The notes beneath the pieces were generated by a model. That model saw only the letters and a list, made by a program, of their open reading frames with translations, made no database searches and was not told the origin of the DNA. Of a DNA stretch of 33,224 bases, positions 1-11,569 are shown piece by piece (within the stretch, counting starts at the first letter, position 1; each line of letters opens with the position of its first letter). Origin of the DNA: Phoronis australis (Eukaryota; Animalia; Phoronida); NCBI GenBank assembly GCA_002633005.1, contig NMRA01000276.1, positions 396,659 through 429,882 of the forward strand. The letters are read 5' to 3'. Position numbers and translations under genes: made by a program.

Positions 1-265
1 ACTGACTAGTAAATGAAAGCAAACGACGACGGAACTTAACACAACCGACGTAGAACAATGACTGACTCGGCAGCTCTCACAGTCAGACTATATGAAAAGA
101 AATTGGTGCGAAATGCTTGCCTCCTAAAATGTCACTTCCGGAAGAGCGGACGAATAATTAATAAAATTACGAAAAGTTGTAATTAAGTGGAAAATATGTC
201 TAGGATAACCAACGAACCTTATTTTAGCTCAAAATGACATGGAAAAAGGTTGCCTTCGCCTTTAA
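1..265. mobile_element. Possible right end of a TTAA-flanked (Kolobok/T2-like) non-autonomous DNA transposon
   Basis: Ends in GGTTGCCTTCGCCTTTAA (248-265), which resembles the CCT-TTAA termini of Kolobok-type MITEs. The partner terminus is not in the window, so this is unconfirmed. Confidence 0.25.
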
Positions 266-431
266 AAGGACTGGTTCCTGTTTTGTGTATATTAGGTCAT
301 TCCGTGGACTGTTAAAACTAAGAAATTTCCAATGCACAATCTGATCTGGAATCAGCTGGATTAAACTTGACAAACAAGCATATTGTGTTGGTACACTATG
401 CTGTGCTAAAGTCGATCAGAATCACAAGGCC

Positions 432-448
432 TGTGTGTGTGTGTGTGT
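432..448. repeat. (TG)n microsatellite
   Basis: About 8 TG units, read directly. Confidence 0.8.
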
Positions 449-1218
449 ATGCATGGGCGTGTGTGGAATATGCCACACATTTATGAATCGGCAGATGAAA
501 GTTAAGTCTAATTTCTGTGAAAGTTGATCACTTTTCTCGGTTCAGTTGTGTGGTGATAGTATTTCATAAAAAGCACATCTTCACAGCATTTTTCGAAAGT
601 CGTTTCTTATAGTATTTTTTTAATGTTGGTGAGGGTCGGAGCATGCTGTTTATAACATAATCTCTGAATTAGGTGAGTTTATCTGATAAGTATAGACAGT
701 GAGAGCGTTGGACTATGTAAACAGTCTCCCCTTATTATCATTGTCAAACTGATAATGATCACCAACATCTGGAAATTCACTTCACAGGGCGGGACGTCAC
801 GAAATTAAAATAAGTGTATATCCTAAAAGCCCAGAAGGCATGGTGAGCTTTATTTTAAAGATTTCTTGGTACCCGTAAATAAATATTGCCCCTCTTCAAT
901 AGGAGTTGTACATATTTTGTTTATGTAACAGCGAGAGGTTGATTATTGTGTGGGGATTTGCATGGACATTTTAATTGAGTTTTATTGTTATTTTATGGAA
1001 ATTGTTTATCAATCTTCAAGCAAACTTTTTTCAAAAATGTAATATTCATGTACTGCATGAAGTGTATTTTTCATCGCAACTCGTAACAGTTCTTTAAGCG
1101 CATTATTTATGCAACAAGTTTTCTTTAATGATTTTAAATGATTCAATTATCTGACAAATCCTTTTTGGACATTTTCTAGAGTTATGATCTTTTATGCTTT
1201 TATCAGATTTGAACATTG

Positions 1219-1340
1219 TGTGTGGGTCGATTGACATAAAGTTTTGAACTGTGTGGGTGGATTGACATAAAGTTTTGAACTGTGTGGGTCGATTGACATA
1301 AAGTTTTGAACTGTGTGGGTTGACTGACATAAAGTTTCAA
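1219..1340. repeat. 31-bp minisatellite, ~4 copies
   Basis: Unit TGTGTGGGTCGATTGACATAAAGTTTTGAAC starts at 1219, 1250, 1281 and 1312. Confidence 0.92.
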
Positions 1341-1836
1341 ACACTTATTAAATGATCTTTGGGCCAGGGAATGGTTTCTCAGATTTTCGATTTTCTTTCG
1401 AACAACCAAGATATTGGTTATCAAAAAAGATATTTTGATGTTCATGCGCACTCGGGGAGGGGGCTCATTTGAGCCCCCCATTTGGTGAAGTGGGCAAAAA
1501 GGTCCGCCTCGGAGAAACAAAAAGTCCGAGGAAATGAGAAAAAAGTTCACTAAAAAGGTGCAAACAAGCAATTCACATCTGTGGGTGTGGTACTCCATTT
1601 TTTTTAGTCGTTGGTTTTTTTTGTCGGTAAGAGGTCCAGAAAGTCGGAAAATCAAGCAACCCTCTATTAAAGGTTAGGTGCGCGCATGATGTTGATCTCT
1701 GTTGTTTGAGACTAAATCAGAAATGTGACACAGTTCCCTGGTATTGGCAATTAGAATGTACAGTTCAAACACTAAGTTGCCAACAGTTATTTAGAAAATC
1801 ATGTTCAAGCAAAAGCATCCATTTTTACACAAAAGG

Positions 1837-1887
1837 TTGTCACATGATTACAACCTGTTCTTGTCACATGATTACAACATGTTCTTG
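1837..1887. repeat. 24-bp tandem repeat, ~2 copies
   Basis: TTGTCACATGATTACAAC(C/A)TGTTC at 1837 and 1861. Confidence 0.8.
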
Positions 1888-3989
1888 GACATTTTGAGGC
1901 ATCCATTGAGAGTATGGCTGCAATGGTTCCACTTTTTTGATTCCATTCGTTTAATCCATTTTTATCCTCAGTTCTCACAGTACAGTTCCCATTGTGCTTA
2001 TTGTGCTGAAAATCAGATAATACTATTGTGTGATTCATGTGAAGGAGCAGTTTTTATTCTTTTCTTAAAAAAACTATCTCTTAGAACTATAATGAAATAT
2101 TACAGAAATAAAAACAAAAATGGTCCTTGCTTTTCTTTTTTTGGTATTAACATTTCTATTTCTAAATCAACAAAGATATACAAAAATGAGATATATGCAA
2201 ATGAAACACAGTCGCACACACGCACACGCACATATTTAAATAATAGAACTTCAGCGTTGGTCTAATCCTTGCTTTTCTATTGAGACCACAAACTAAGTCA
2301 AAGGAATGGTGTACTTCGCTAATAAGTTATGGTAGTGATCAAACTAGTGATTATAATCTCCATGTAAATCCACAAGAATAGAGATTAAAAGCAGCAGTTT
2401 CTATTGGATTGTTAATACATGTAGCCATATTTATATATTTTTGTAGAAAATTTATATGTATATGTATATAGACTTACTTTTATATTGAATTGAAGGTGAT
2501 TGATATTAGCTTGTTAAATGTTTCCTAAACATTTCCACATTGTATTGAGTGTGATATGTGTTATAGTTTTCTTTGTATTTTATTTATTGATGATTTTTAT
2601 TAAAAGATATTCTGGAACTTATATTTTCCAGAAAAAATGAGTGTTTATTTTACACAAAATTGTATGATCATTCTATAATCAACACTTTAGAATGAACATT
2701 TTGTTAAAGCTGTATTTGTCGGTGTTGGGGCCTTTTGTTCTCATAAAATGGATCTTGTATAAATATCCCTTACTGTCTTAAGATTCTGCTTCCTGTGCCA
2801 ATCAGGTTATGAGACCATCAGCTACTGAAGAGGGTGCTTCATACTTTATCAGGGTCGAACAACCCTAAAATTGTGATTTCGAAAATGGCACATGTATGGA
2901 TTGACAGTTTGTTAGGTTTAAAGAATCCTGTCATGGTAAGGAATATTAGAAGACCAGTTGTATGAAGGTAAAAGGCCCAATTCCATTTTAAGCTTAACAA
3001 TGAGAATGGAATGCAGCCTTAAGATTGGTAAAAATATACTTAACTCAAGGCACCATTTGTAGACAATTCAATAAATTTGGAGCTCTGACATTTCGATGGC
3101 AGAGCAGTCTACTCCTTGCTCCTTACTGGACACAGTTCAATTTTTATCATAGCTTATAGACTAGTTTCATGGAATCTGTTTGTCAGTGGACCACTTTATC
3201 ACCAGGAATCAGTGCATTATATTGGACATATAATTTAAAAGTTCAATTGTATCCTGAAAAGACCAGTTGGATTTTGTAAGATTATGTATATTACTCCCAG
3301 GATTATTTAATGAAAGGCTGAAGAAAAGTTGTGGTTCATGTTGCTTTTTGAAATAATATGTAACTTTCATACCTAAATTTCATCTTTAATTTCACCATTA
3401 CAACGCACACACAGCACACGTTCAGTGCAAATTCCAAAACAAACACACGTTCGTGTCCGTGCCCCTCCATCATGCCCCTTGTAACACATTATCTGCATTT
3501 ATGGGTTTCAAGCAGCTGTTCTTTAGTAGAGATTATATTCCTCCCATATTCAATGCCCCTGAGTTGTTTATCAAACTTTCTCTCTTTGTACGTTGACCAT
3601 GAGCTGCCTACTTCTTGTCAGAACCTAGGAACCAATATGATTCCAGGTCTGAACAAAACGGTAAGACCTAGTGTTGGTTAATTTGTGTCGTAGACAGGAC
3701 CGCGTCTGTGCTGCAGCCTCCCGTCGTGACTCGGAGCTCAGCGGCTTGCCCTTGTCCACAGGAATGGGCTCTCATCAAGCAGCTTAAATCCGGCGAGCTT
3801 GGTCTTTTGGATTGCCATCCCTGCAGAATTGTGTTTGAACTCGGTGCTGGCTCGATCTTCGTATTTTAATAACATACCTTTTATAAATTTACTGGACTAC
3901 TACGGGTAGACAGCCAGTCGAGCCAGTACTGCTTGCTCTGGCGGTTGGTATGTCACTGAGGTGCACAAGATATTCGTATATTGCGCAAA

Positions 3990-4258
3990 TCAGCACTTTT
4001 CTATGTCACAGTATTCCCAGGTCTTTTTCGATTTTGTTGTGTAGCACCATGGTCGTTGCCGTCGTAGATTGTATGGGTTCCTGCAGTAGTTATTTCCCAC
4101 GATTCCATTAATATGGTTGTCGATGGCTTTGGCAGAATAAACGGAATGTTGATGAGGATATTGTGAGTCCCATCTCTGACATGTGACGCCGCTGGCAGTG
4201 TAGTCTAACGTACCCCTGTAATCCCGACCGTCTGTGTACCGCAATAATTTGCAAGTTT
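3990..4258 (-). CDS. Astacin-CTL-kringle gene, last coding exon: kringle domain and stop
   Basis: Acceptor ttttttag at 4259-60, phase 1. Translates TCKLLRYTDGRDYRG..SGVTCQRWDSQYPHQH..NNYCRNP..RPWCYT..WEYCDIEKC*, with all six kringle cysteines. Confidence 0.93.
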
Positions 4259-4377
4259 CTAAAAAAGTAATTAAACTTTTAAGTTTAGAAGCTAAACAGA
4301 AACGTCAAAAAGGCTCGTTACCGGACCGAGTACTTGATTTGGGAAAACTAAGTCCGTATAATCATATTTTTTGAAAA

Positions 4378-4783
4378 GGATACTAAACCCTGCCCTGGTG
4401 ATTGAAACCAATCGTCGTTTTGTCACTTACTGATCCAGACATTGGCGTCAATCTTGCAGGAATTAGCTTTAGACTGGCAGATAAGATATGGTTCTTAGTG
4501 GGTGGTCTTTTCCCCGCAGTTGCCGTGCAATTCGCTTCAGTGGTCACGCTTGCCCGTTTTCCAGACTTTAAAATATAAAGGAGTTTTCAAATTTTCCTCC
4601 AAACTTTTCAGGATTATTGAGTGTTACAGAGGGTTATTTCGTTTCAGAGAGCTGGATGGGCCAGTTCTGTTAATAGGCCAAAACCGGGTTTGTTATGCCC
4701 TTTTAAAATTACACGCCAAATGCTGCGTTAGGAGGTGACAGAACGAGGAGTAGCGGAAATCATCAAAACAGGGTTTAGTATCC
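4378..4783. mobile_element. ~410-bp MITE with 15-bp terminal inverted repeats (Kolobok/T2-like), in the last intron
   Basis: GGATACTAAACCCTG (4378-4392) is the exact reverse complement of CAGGGTTTAGTATCC (4769-4783). TTAA lies at 4787-4790 and a degenerate TGAA on the left. The family assignment is inference. Confidence 0.7.
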
Positions 4784-4955
4784 ATTTTAAGCTTAAAAGA
4801 AAAAATGCAAAATCTAGTGGCAAACTGTATGGCATAGATGCACATGAATTGTTGTCGGCTTGAATCTCCTCATATCTTCTTGGGTAACCAGTTAGAAACA
4901 CAATATCAACTTATCTAAGTTTCTGCCGGAAGTATAGACGAGTACATGTACTTAC

Positions 4956-5183
4956 TATTGGCAACTTTTTCACAGATGAATGGAAAAGCGTATTGTGGTA
5001 TGTCCTTTACCGACCCTGCCCACGTCCCCTGCCAACGCAACCTGCCGTCTCTCATGTCCTTAGCAAGAACTAATGTGGTGTACTTGCCCGGCTGACCCGG
5101 CCCAAACCTGTGGTACCGCATCTGGCGGTGTCGACGGTCGCGATGGTGCCAAATCCAGACAGATCTGTCGTATCTTTTTCCTC
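4956..5183 (-). CDS. Astacin-CTL-kringle gene exon: C-terminal half of the C-type lectin-like domain
   Basis: Acceptor catacttag, donor gtaagta, phase 1-1, 228 bp. Translates GKRYDRSVWIW..YHRFGPGQPG..RWQG..FPFICEKVAN. Confidence 0.9.
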
Positions 5184-5745
5184 CTAAGTATGAAAAATAA
5201 TTATACGTGTAATGTGATCACGGTCGTGCTACCATTTGAACATGTTTAATCAGACTACATATGAAATTTGAACATGGTCAATAGGTGTCACTGGGAAGCG
5301 TCACTTCCTTTCCAAAGGACGTTTTGAGATAAAAACTCCTTGTCACTCACATTTTCCAGTGATTTATTCGTGCATGAAGTTGAAGCTACTTCCAGAATTG
5401 CTCATGCCCCTATAGGGGAAGCACTTGAGCTATTAGGAGCACTTTAACACTTAGGATGTGACTGCTGGGAACATAACGTTATTACCGTCCCGTCACGGTT
5501 AGGCAAAATGGTATGCATTTCTTCATTCAACATTAACTATGAGAGTTGGGTAAAGAATGGACAACAAAACAGACATGGCCAAATTTAAGAAATGCACATA
5601 TTCGTGGGATAGTCGCCTGCACCTATAAGCTAAAGCGTAGGCGCATCTACGCCTGTACTTACAAGCGAAGCGCATTTCGAACAAAGGCTCACATTGACCT
5701 TAATTCGTGCACACAAGTACAAACTACTCTTTGTTGTAACCATAC

Positions 5746-5940
5746 CTGTTCGCCATTCCGTTACTTCTGGGAATGTGTTTTCTAAGTAGTTTGTGAGGAA
5801 GGCGTCCTCCGTCGAATCATCAATGCTCACCAGTCTCGCGTTTTCACTGTGACATTCTTTACCAGCGCCTGCGAATTGTTTCGGCTTCAGCACAAACTTG
5901 TAGCAACTGTTCTCATTGCGCACCCAGCCTTCAGGACAGC
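5746..5940 (-). CDS. Astacin-CTL-kringle gene exon: N-terminal half of the C-type lectin-like domain
   Basis: Acceptor acgacag, donor gtatgg, phase 1-1, 195 bp. Translates CPEGWVRNENSCYKF..AGKECHSENARLVSIDDSTEDAFL..WRTG, a typical long-form CTLD start. Confidence 0.93.
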
Positions 5941-6535
5941 CTGTCGTGTAAAATACAAACAATTTCATACCTTGGTCATTCATCACGTTTCGCACGCGAA
6001 TGACGTCATAAAAAGTGTCTAATCCCTTTTGCCTAAACTATTGCTTCGATGGTGTGCCAGTCGTGCAACTAAACCACCTTGGTGACCCAACTAAAGCTGT
6101 TGCAAGGTTCTTGTTGATATTTTAATCTAAATAATAAGACCAGTTTACTTAGCAAAAAAATTTTTATTTCAAGCTGCGTTCAGTTCACCCTATCTAGTTG
6201 CATGAAAAGGAAAATTGAAGTAAACCTCCGTGACTGACATAAAATCGGTCACTAAATACTCTTTATATTGACAGGATACCATCAGCGATTAAAAAACCCT
6301 TTAGATCTTATTGGAATTAACCAACCCTAAAATTGAGGATACAGAATGCCTGTGATTTGACTTGCCGGTTTATTCGGCAATACCATGATTCAAGATTTAA
6401 TGGTAATGTTTTTAGACCCCAAAGCGCTTTGGTTAAAAATTCAGCAATGACATATAAAAGTAGCTGGGTAAAATGCATCATTCATAAAAAATGCTACATT
6501 GACGGATCGCCAATAAACAAGACAGACCATCTTAC

Positions 6536-6647
6536 CTTTGATTTGCTTGTTACAACGATACATATCGCGTAGCTGTGCAATGTCGAGTTCACTCAGTGCA
6601 ATGCGCTGACCAATGGAGAATTTCAATTTTTTACCAATTCCAATGAC
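6536..6647 (-). CDS. Astacin-CTL-kringle gene exon: end of the astacin domain
   Basis: Acceptor ttcaatag, donor gtaaga, phase 0-1, 112 bp. Translates VIGIGKKLKFSIGQRIALSELDIAQLRDMYRCNKQIK (GQR..LS..D....MY.C motif). Confidence 0.93.
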
Positions 6648-7173
6648 CTATTGAAAAACACGTAGTGTTAAGAGACATAGCGTCAGTTATGCAACGGGCA
6701 GCCCACACTATGACGTTAAACGCACATCAGTTTTTCTTTATTTTAGCAGAAGATATGTTTATTCAGGGTAAAACCTATTCACTTATACAACTGGAATCCA
6801 ATAGGGCCCTGATCAGAAAGAAAATATTAAAAATCAAGTTAACAAGACGATATAAGAAGAATTAATATATACAAAAAAACGTTAACAAAAATTTGACACA
6901 GATGAGTGAAATATTAGAATAAAATTAGACACATTATTATTATTTCTGAAAGAATCGTTACCGATACGTCTTGGAGCAAGATGTCCACAAACGCATGCTA
7001 TATATTTACTCGTTCGTCGCCTCCAACATGTTCGCGTACGGAATGACGTCACTTCTCTCACGCTCGTAAGTTTGTTATAATGTATTGTTGGGTACATCAC
7101 AGTCCGTAAATGATATCACAGATGCGACAGACATGTTTATGGCATCAGGACCGCTACATCACGTCTAACGTAC

Positions 7174-7356
7174 CTCGATCGTAGGTTCCCCGTTTGTAGA
7201 GAAATAATCACTAGCATAGTGCATGATACTGGAGTAGTCGTATGGATATCCTCGGGAGTTCTGAAGTTTCTTGGTGAGCTTTTCAAAGTTAACTCTTGTT
7301 AAAGGAGAGATGTTCCTTTTGATTATGTTGACGTATCGGTCTCTATCTCGTCGGCT
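7174..7356 (-). CDS. Astacin-CTL-kringle gene exon: Met-turn region (not in the ORF track)
   Basis: Acceptor gttctcag, donor gtacgt, phase 0-0, 183 bp. Translates SRRDRDRYVNII..NF..GYPYDYSSIMHYASDYFSTNGEPTIE, with the SxMHY Met-turn. Confidence 0.94.
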
Positions 7357-7765
7357 CTGAGAACAAGATTTTATAATTTCACAATATGTGTAGCAATGGG
7401 CGATGGAACTGGTGTGTATTTAATATAAAGTTGTGCTGCAATAAGTATGAGGAAGTTTTAATAACATCAAACCAACTTGAACCCATGTGCTTACTTAAAA
7501 CCCAGCATACTAAGTCTAAAGTAAGTATTTGAATAGTATGGCTACTGCGGCAATATCATGTACAATGGAGTATCCAGAAATTTTCAACAAGGGGTCGAAC
7601 GCGACATTGTTGCCTTGGCGAGCGGCAACCCGCGTGGCCCTTGTTCCAATAACATTAGAAGACCAGCGCCCATGGCTCTTGTGATCTTGCAACTCGTTTA
7701 AAGAAGACAAAAACTGGACAATGCACTTTTCCATTCGTATTTCAATGCGAAGTGCTCAGTTTTAC

Positions 7766-7886
7766 CTGTTCGTGCCAAAATCCCAGAGCGTGGACCGTCT
7801 CGTGAACAACAGTACCAAACTTGTCGCAGCCGTAACCAAGGGCGATTCTCTGTGCACCTTTTTGAACGCCTATATACGACCAGCAT
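7766..7886 (-). CDS. Astacin-CTL-kringle gene exon: zinc-binding motif
   Basis: Acceptor ctgagtag, donor gtaaaa, phase 2-0, 121 bp. Translates CWSYIG..GCDKFGTVVHETVHALGFWHEQ, matching HExxHxxGxxHE. Confidence 0.95.
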
Positions 7887-8267
7887 CTACTCAGAACAAA
7901 CACAAAAATCAACGTTATTACCATTCAAGATTTCGAATATGGTGAACAGTTTGTTGTGCTTCGCCATAAAGCCTCTTACAAAAGTTCGATGTAATAACGG
8001 ATGGATGGATGGACGTTTACAACAAGCATTTTAATTCTGACGTTACAAGGTGTTGAAGTAATGTCATCTGTTGCACTCCACATTTCGCTATAAACACTTA
8101 GTTGACATTTCCTCTGTAATACCTCTCTGCAGTCATAGGCGCCATGAAGACCAAGACCCGAGGTAGGCCTACAATCTTTGTACTCGAAATCGAACATTTT
8201 GCACACTTTCGTGTGAAAGGAAAGTGTCTTATCATTCTGTTCTCTAGTATGTTACGGTAAATGCTGA

Positions 8268-9153
8268 TGAATTCGTTGAAAACGATACGACAATGATTAC
8301 TGGACACTACTTTTTCTTGTGTTTTTCGTATTGTCTGAAAACAATCCTTGTGTGCCGATCCCTGGTGTATAGCTTTGTAGTAGCTCCCCGAGCGTCATAC
8401 TGAGAAGAACAAACGATAGAAAATTGTTTTAAAAATTATATTAGACCGCAGTACTTCGAATGGATACTACATTCATCGAAGGCAAGAAATACAATGAGAC
8501 CTCGGTGAGTAGTGAGACATCATAGTAAAGGTCATGAGATAACAAACCATTCACGACATATCAAAAGGATTCTTGGCATAGCAGGTGTTCAAACAGAGTC
8601 TATAGTGCAATGACCAGCCAGTGAGCACAGCAGGTGGGACTAATTGAACGGGTTTCTCCATCAATATAATTAATGACTTAAGTAATAACAATCTATGTTT
8701 GTATTTATCTATATATCTGACAATAGTCTTATCCTCTTACTCTTTCCCCGACTCTCTTCTATGATGCACAGACTCAAAATGGTGGATAACACCATTTTGT
8801 GAGTGATAGGACAACCTGCGCGAAAGTGATCAGTCTGGCCAACACAACACTGAATAGGCAGAATGAAGACATTCATTCTCAGGGCATGTAAATTGGTAGA
8901 CAACGCTACATTTGCTTAAGATTCGTTCTGGCCTTTTACTCAAGCTGTTCTTTATGACAAGGCTATGAGTTTTAATATTCTGGTAATACACAATTATTTT
9001 TACCCTATCACCTGCTTTGTAAACAGCAACAACATGGCGTATCATTATCTTAATGACTTTCACAGTGCGATCCGCACACAAGGAGTATTTTTAGACAATA
9101 CGAAAAATGCGTAAAGAAGTCCAGTAATCATTGTCAACGTTTTTAACGAACTC
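8268..9153. repeat. Pair of ~90-bp diverged inverted repeats (8268-8360 and 9069-9153) in an intron
   Basis: The reverse complement of the left arm aligns with the right arm through GCACACAAGGA, AGACAATACGAAAAA, GTCCAGTAATCATTGTC and AACGAA. Confidence 0.8.
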
Positions 9154-9502
9154 TGCGCCAGAGGGGACTGTTGCCGAGTTATATTAATGTTGACGAGTGT
9201 CTATTCCAAGTTCGCACTTGGTGACCTTATATTCGAGCTACAATCTCGAGTAAAAACTCAAAATTTCCAGTAAAAAGTAAAAACTCGAACTTATAACCTT
9301 AATGCGTCATCAAGTGCAACTAGTTTGGGATATACAACTATCCACAAAAAACACTTGTCTTGGAGAAAACAAAAATGTCAAAAACAGTTTCGAGTTCGAT
9401 TTCGAGTAGAAAGATTACCCGGCAGACTAAATGATTATTCGCCTTACTATGTGATTTCTCCCCAAAGTGAGAAATGTTACGCGTCCATAAAGCCAAACTT
9501 AC

Positions 9503-9623
9503 CCTGGTTCATTCACGTAATAGACATAATTCGTGTCATCTTCCGTTGCCGGTCTGAATCTGACGCAGGTTTCTCTCATTATGTGTTCGTGGGCTCGCCG
9601 AATATGTTTCTTGACCTTTGAAG
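9503..9623 (-). CDS. Astacin-CTL-kringle gene exon: TCVRF region, copy A
   Basis: Acceptor tataaag, donor gtaagt, phase 1-2, 121 bp. Translates SKVKKHIRRAHEHIMRETCVRFRPATEDDTNYVYYVNEPG and joins both neighbouring exons in frame. Confidence 0.88.
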
Positions 9624-10555
9624 CTTTATATAGAACGGAAATGGTGGAGTATTAGCAACTGTTGGCCAAGATACACATAATGCAACAAGACACACATGTC
9701 AAGCACTTGTCCTTCTTCATGACATCCTAAATCTGATGTTATTCACAATTTCAATGCGGACAAATTTGTATTATTGTACGTTTGTCACCAAAGAATTGGC
9801 AAATATCAGTGTTGGGTGGACAATATATTGTTCTTGCGTGGAAATATGTCAGTCACGCAATTTATTTTATAACTCCGCAAAAGAGAAGAGTTAAATCCAG
9901 GATGCACCTGTTGTACATCTCTTGGAGCAGTCGTATGACCTAGTCGTGTAGCTTCAGCGACACTGGGGTCGTCCTAATACGTCATTCCAGGGCACAACTA
10001 TACTGAACAGCGTGCAGTTTGAACAGTTCAAATAAGTGCATTTCTTATTGATGTTTTTTAAATTGTTTATTCCATAGCTACAGAATGAAGCACACTGCAG
10101 CGTTCCTGACTCTATACATGCCGGTGACCACAGCCGCATAAAACTTACGGACCTCAAGTTGTCGTGGGCCGAGTGACCCGGGTAGGGATGACGAAGGTAT
10201 CGATTTTGAAGATGGCCAATGATGATCATGGGGGCGCAGTAGTGATTATGACGACGATGATGGGATGCCCAACATGACTATCAGAATGTCGATGACGTTG
10301 TCGCTGTTGACGACGATGTTAGTGATGATGACGACGATGTTAGTGATGATGACGACNACTAGTTTGGGATATACAGCTATCCACAAAAAACACTTGTCTT
10401 GAATTCGTGCAAAAGGAGAAAACAAAAATGTCAAAAACAGTTTCGAGTTCGATTTCGAGTAGAAAGATTACCCGGCAGACTAAATAATTATTCGCCTTAC
10501 CATGTGATTTCTCCCCAAAGTGAGAAATGTTACGCGTCCATAAAGCCAAACTTAC

Positions 10556-10676
10556 CCTGGTTCATTCACGTAATAGACATAATTCGTGTCATCTTCCGTT
10601 GCCGGTGTGAATCTGACGCAGGTTTCTCTCATTATGTGTTCGTGGGCTCGCCGAATATGTTTCTTGACCTTTGAAG
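10556..10676 (-). CDS. Second copy of the TCVRF exon (R to T variant), probably the other allele
   Basis: Same splice sites as copy A, offset by 1053 bp. Reads TCVRFTPATEDD. Confidence 0.6.
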
Positions 10677-11359
10677 CTTTATATAGAACGGAAATGGTGG
10701 AGTATTAACAACTGTTGGCCAAGATACACATAATGCAACAAGACACACATGTCAAGCACTTGTCCTTCTTCATGACATCCTAAATCAGATGTTATTCACA
10801 ATTTCAATGCGGACAAATTTGTATTATTGTACGTTTGACACCAAAGAATTGGCAAATATCAGTGTTGGGTGGACAATATATTGTTCTTGCGTGGAAATAT
10901 GTCAGTCACGCAATTTATTTTATAACTCCGCAAAAGAGAAGAGTTAAATCCAGGATGCACCTGTTGTACATCTCTTGGTGCAGTCGTATGACCTAGTCGT
11001 GTAGCTTCAGCGACACTGGGGTCGTCCTAATACGTCATTCCAGGGCACAACTATACTGAACAGCGTGCAGTTTGAACAGTTCAAATAAGTGCATTTCTTA
11101 TTGATGCTTTTTAAATTGTTTATTCCATAGCTACAGAATGAAGCACACTGCAGCGTTCCTGACTCTATACATGCCGGTGACCACAGCCGCATAAAACTTA
11201 CGGACCTCAAGTTGTCGTGGGCCGAGTGACCCGGGTAGGGATGACGAAGGTATCGATTTTGAAGATGGCCAATGATGATCATGGGGGCGCAGTAGTGATT
11301 ATGACGACGATGATGGGATGCCTAACATGACTATCAGAATGTCGATGACGTTGCCGCTG

Positions 11360-11470
11360 TTGACGACGATGTTAGTGATGATGACGATGTTAGTGATGAC
11401 GGCGACGATGTTAGTGATGATGACGACGATGTTAGTGATGATGACGACGACGTTAGTGATGATGACGACA
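11360..11470. repeat. 21-bp GAC/GAT-rich minisatellite, ~5 copies (partial copy at 10310-10356)
   Basis: Unit GACGACGATGTTAGTGATGAT. Confidence 0.88.
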
Positions 11471-11569
11471 ACGTCGACTGTTGATAATGTGGTGGCGTTT
11501 GCACCGATGACGGTTGCGTGCCGACGAGGAAAAAGCCTGTAAACGATGACATGTTAGGCCCGCCTATAG

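Larger units (their letters stand above)
9319..11406. repeat. ~1.04-kb tandem duplication joined by a single N at 10357 (probable assembly artefact)
   Basis: Copy A is 9319-10356 and copy B is 10358 to ~11406. They differ by about 11 substitutions and a 14-bp indel (GAATTCGTGCAAAA). Confidence 0.9.

Noticed and set aside
1103-2265. ORFs of 75-154 aa
   Set aside because: They are driven by minisatellites and AT-rich sequence, with no recognisable domain or consistent splice pattern.
3740-3800. Hammerhead ribozyme or SECIS element (TTGATGAG on the minus strand)
   Set aside because: It lacks the exact CTGANGA/GAAA core and the SECIS quartet and apical AA geometry.
11318-11552. MTTMLVM and poly-Ser ORFs
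   Set aside because: These are translations of the 21-bp minisatellite.
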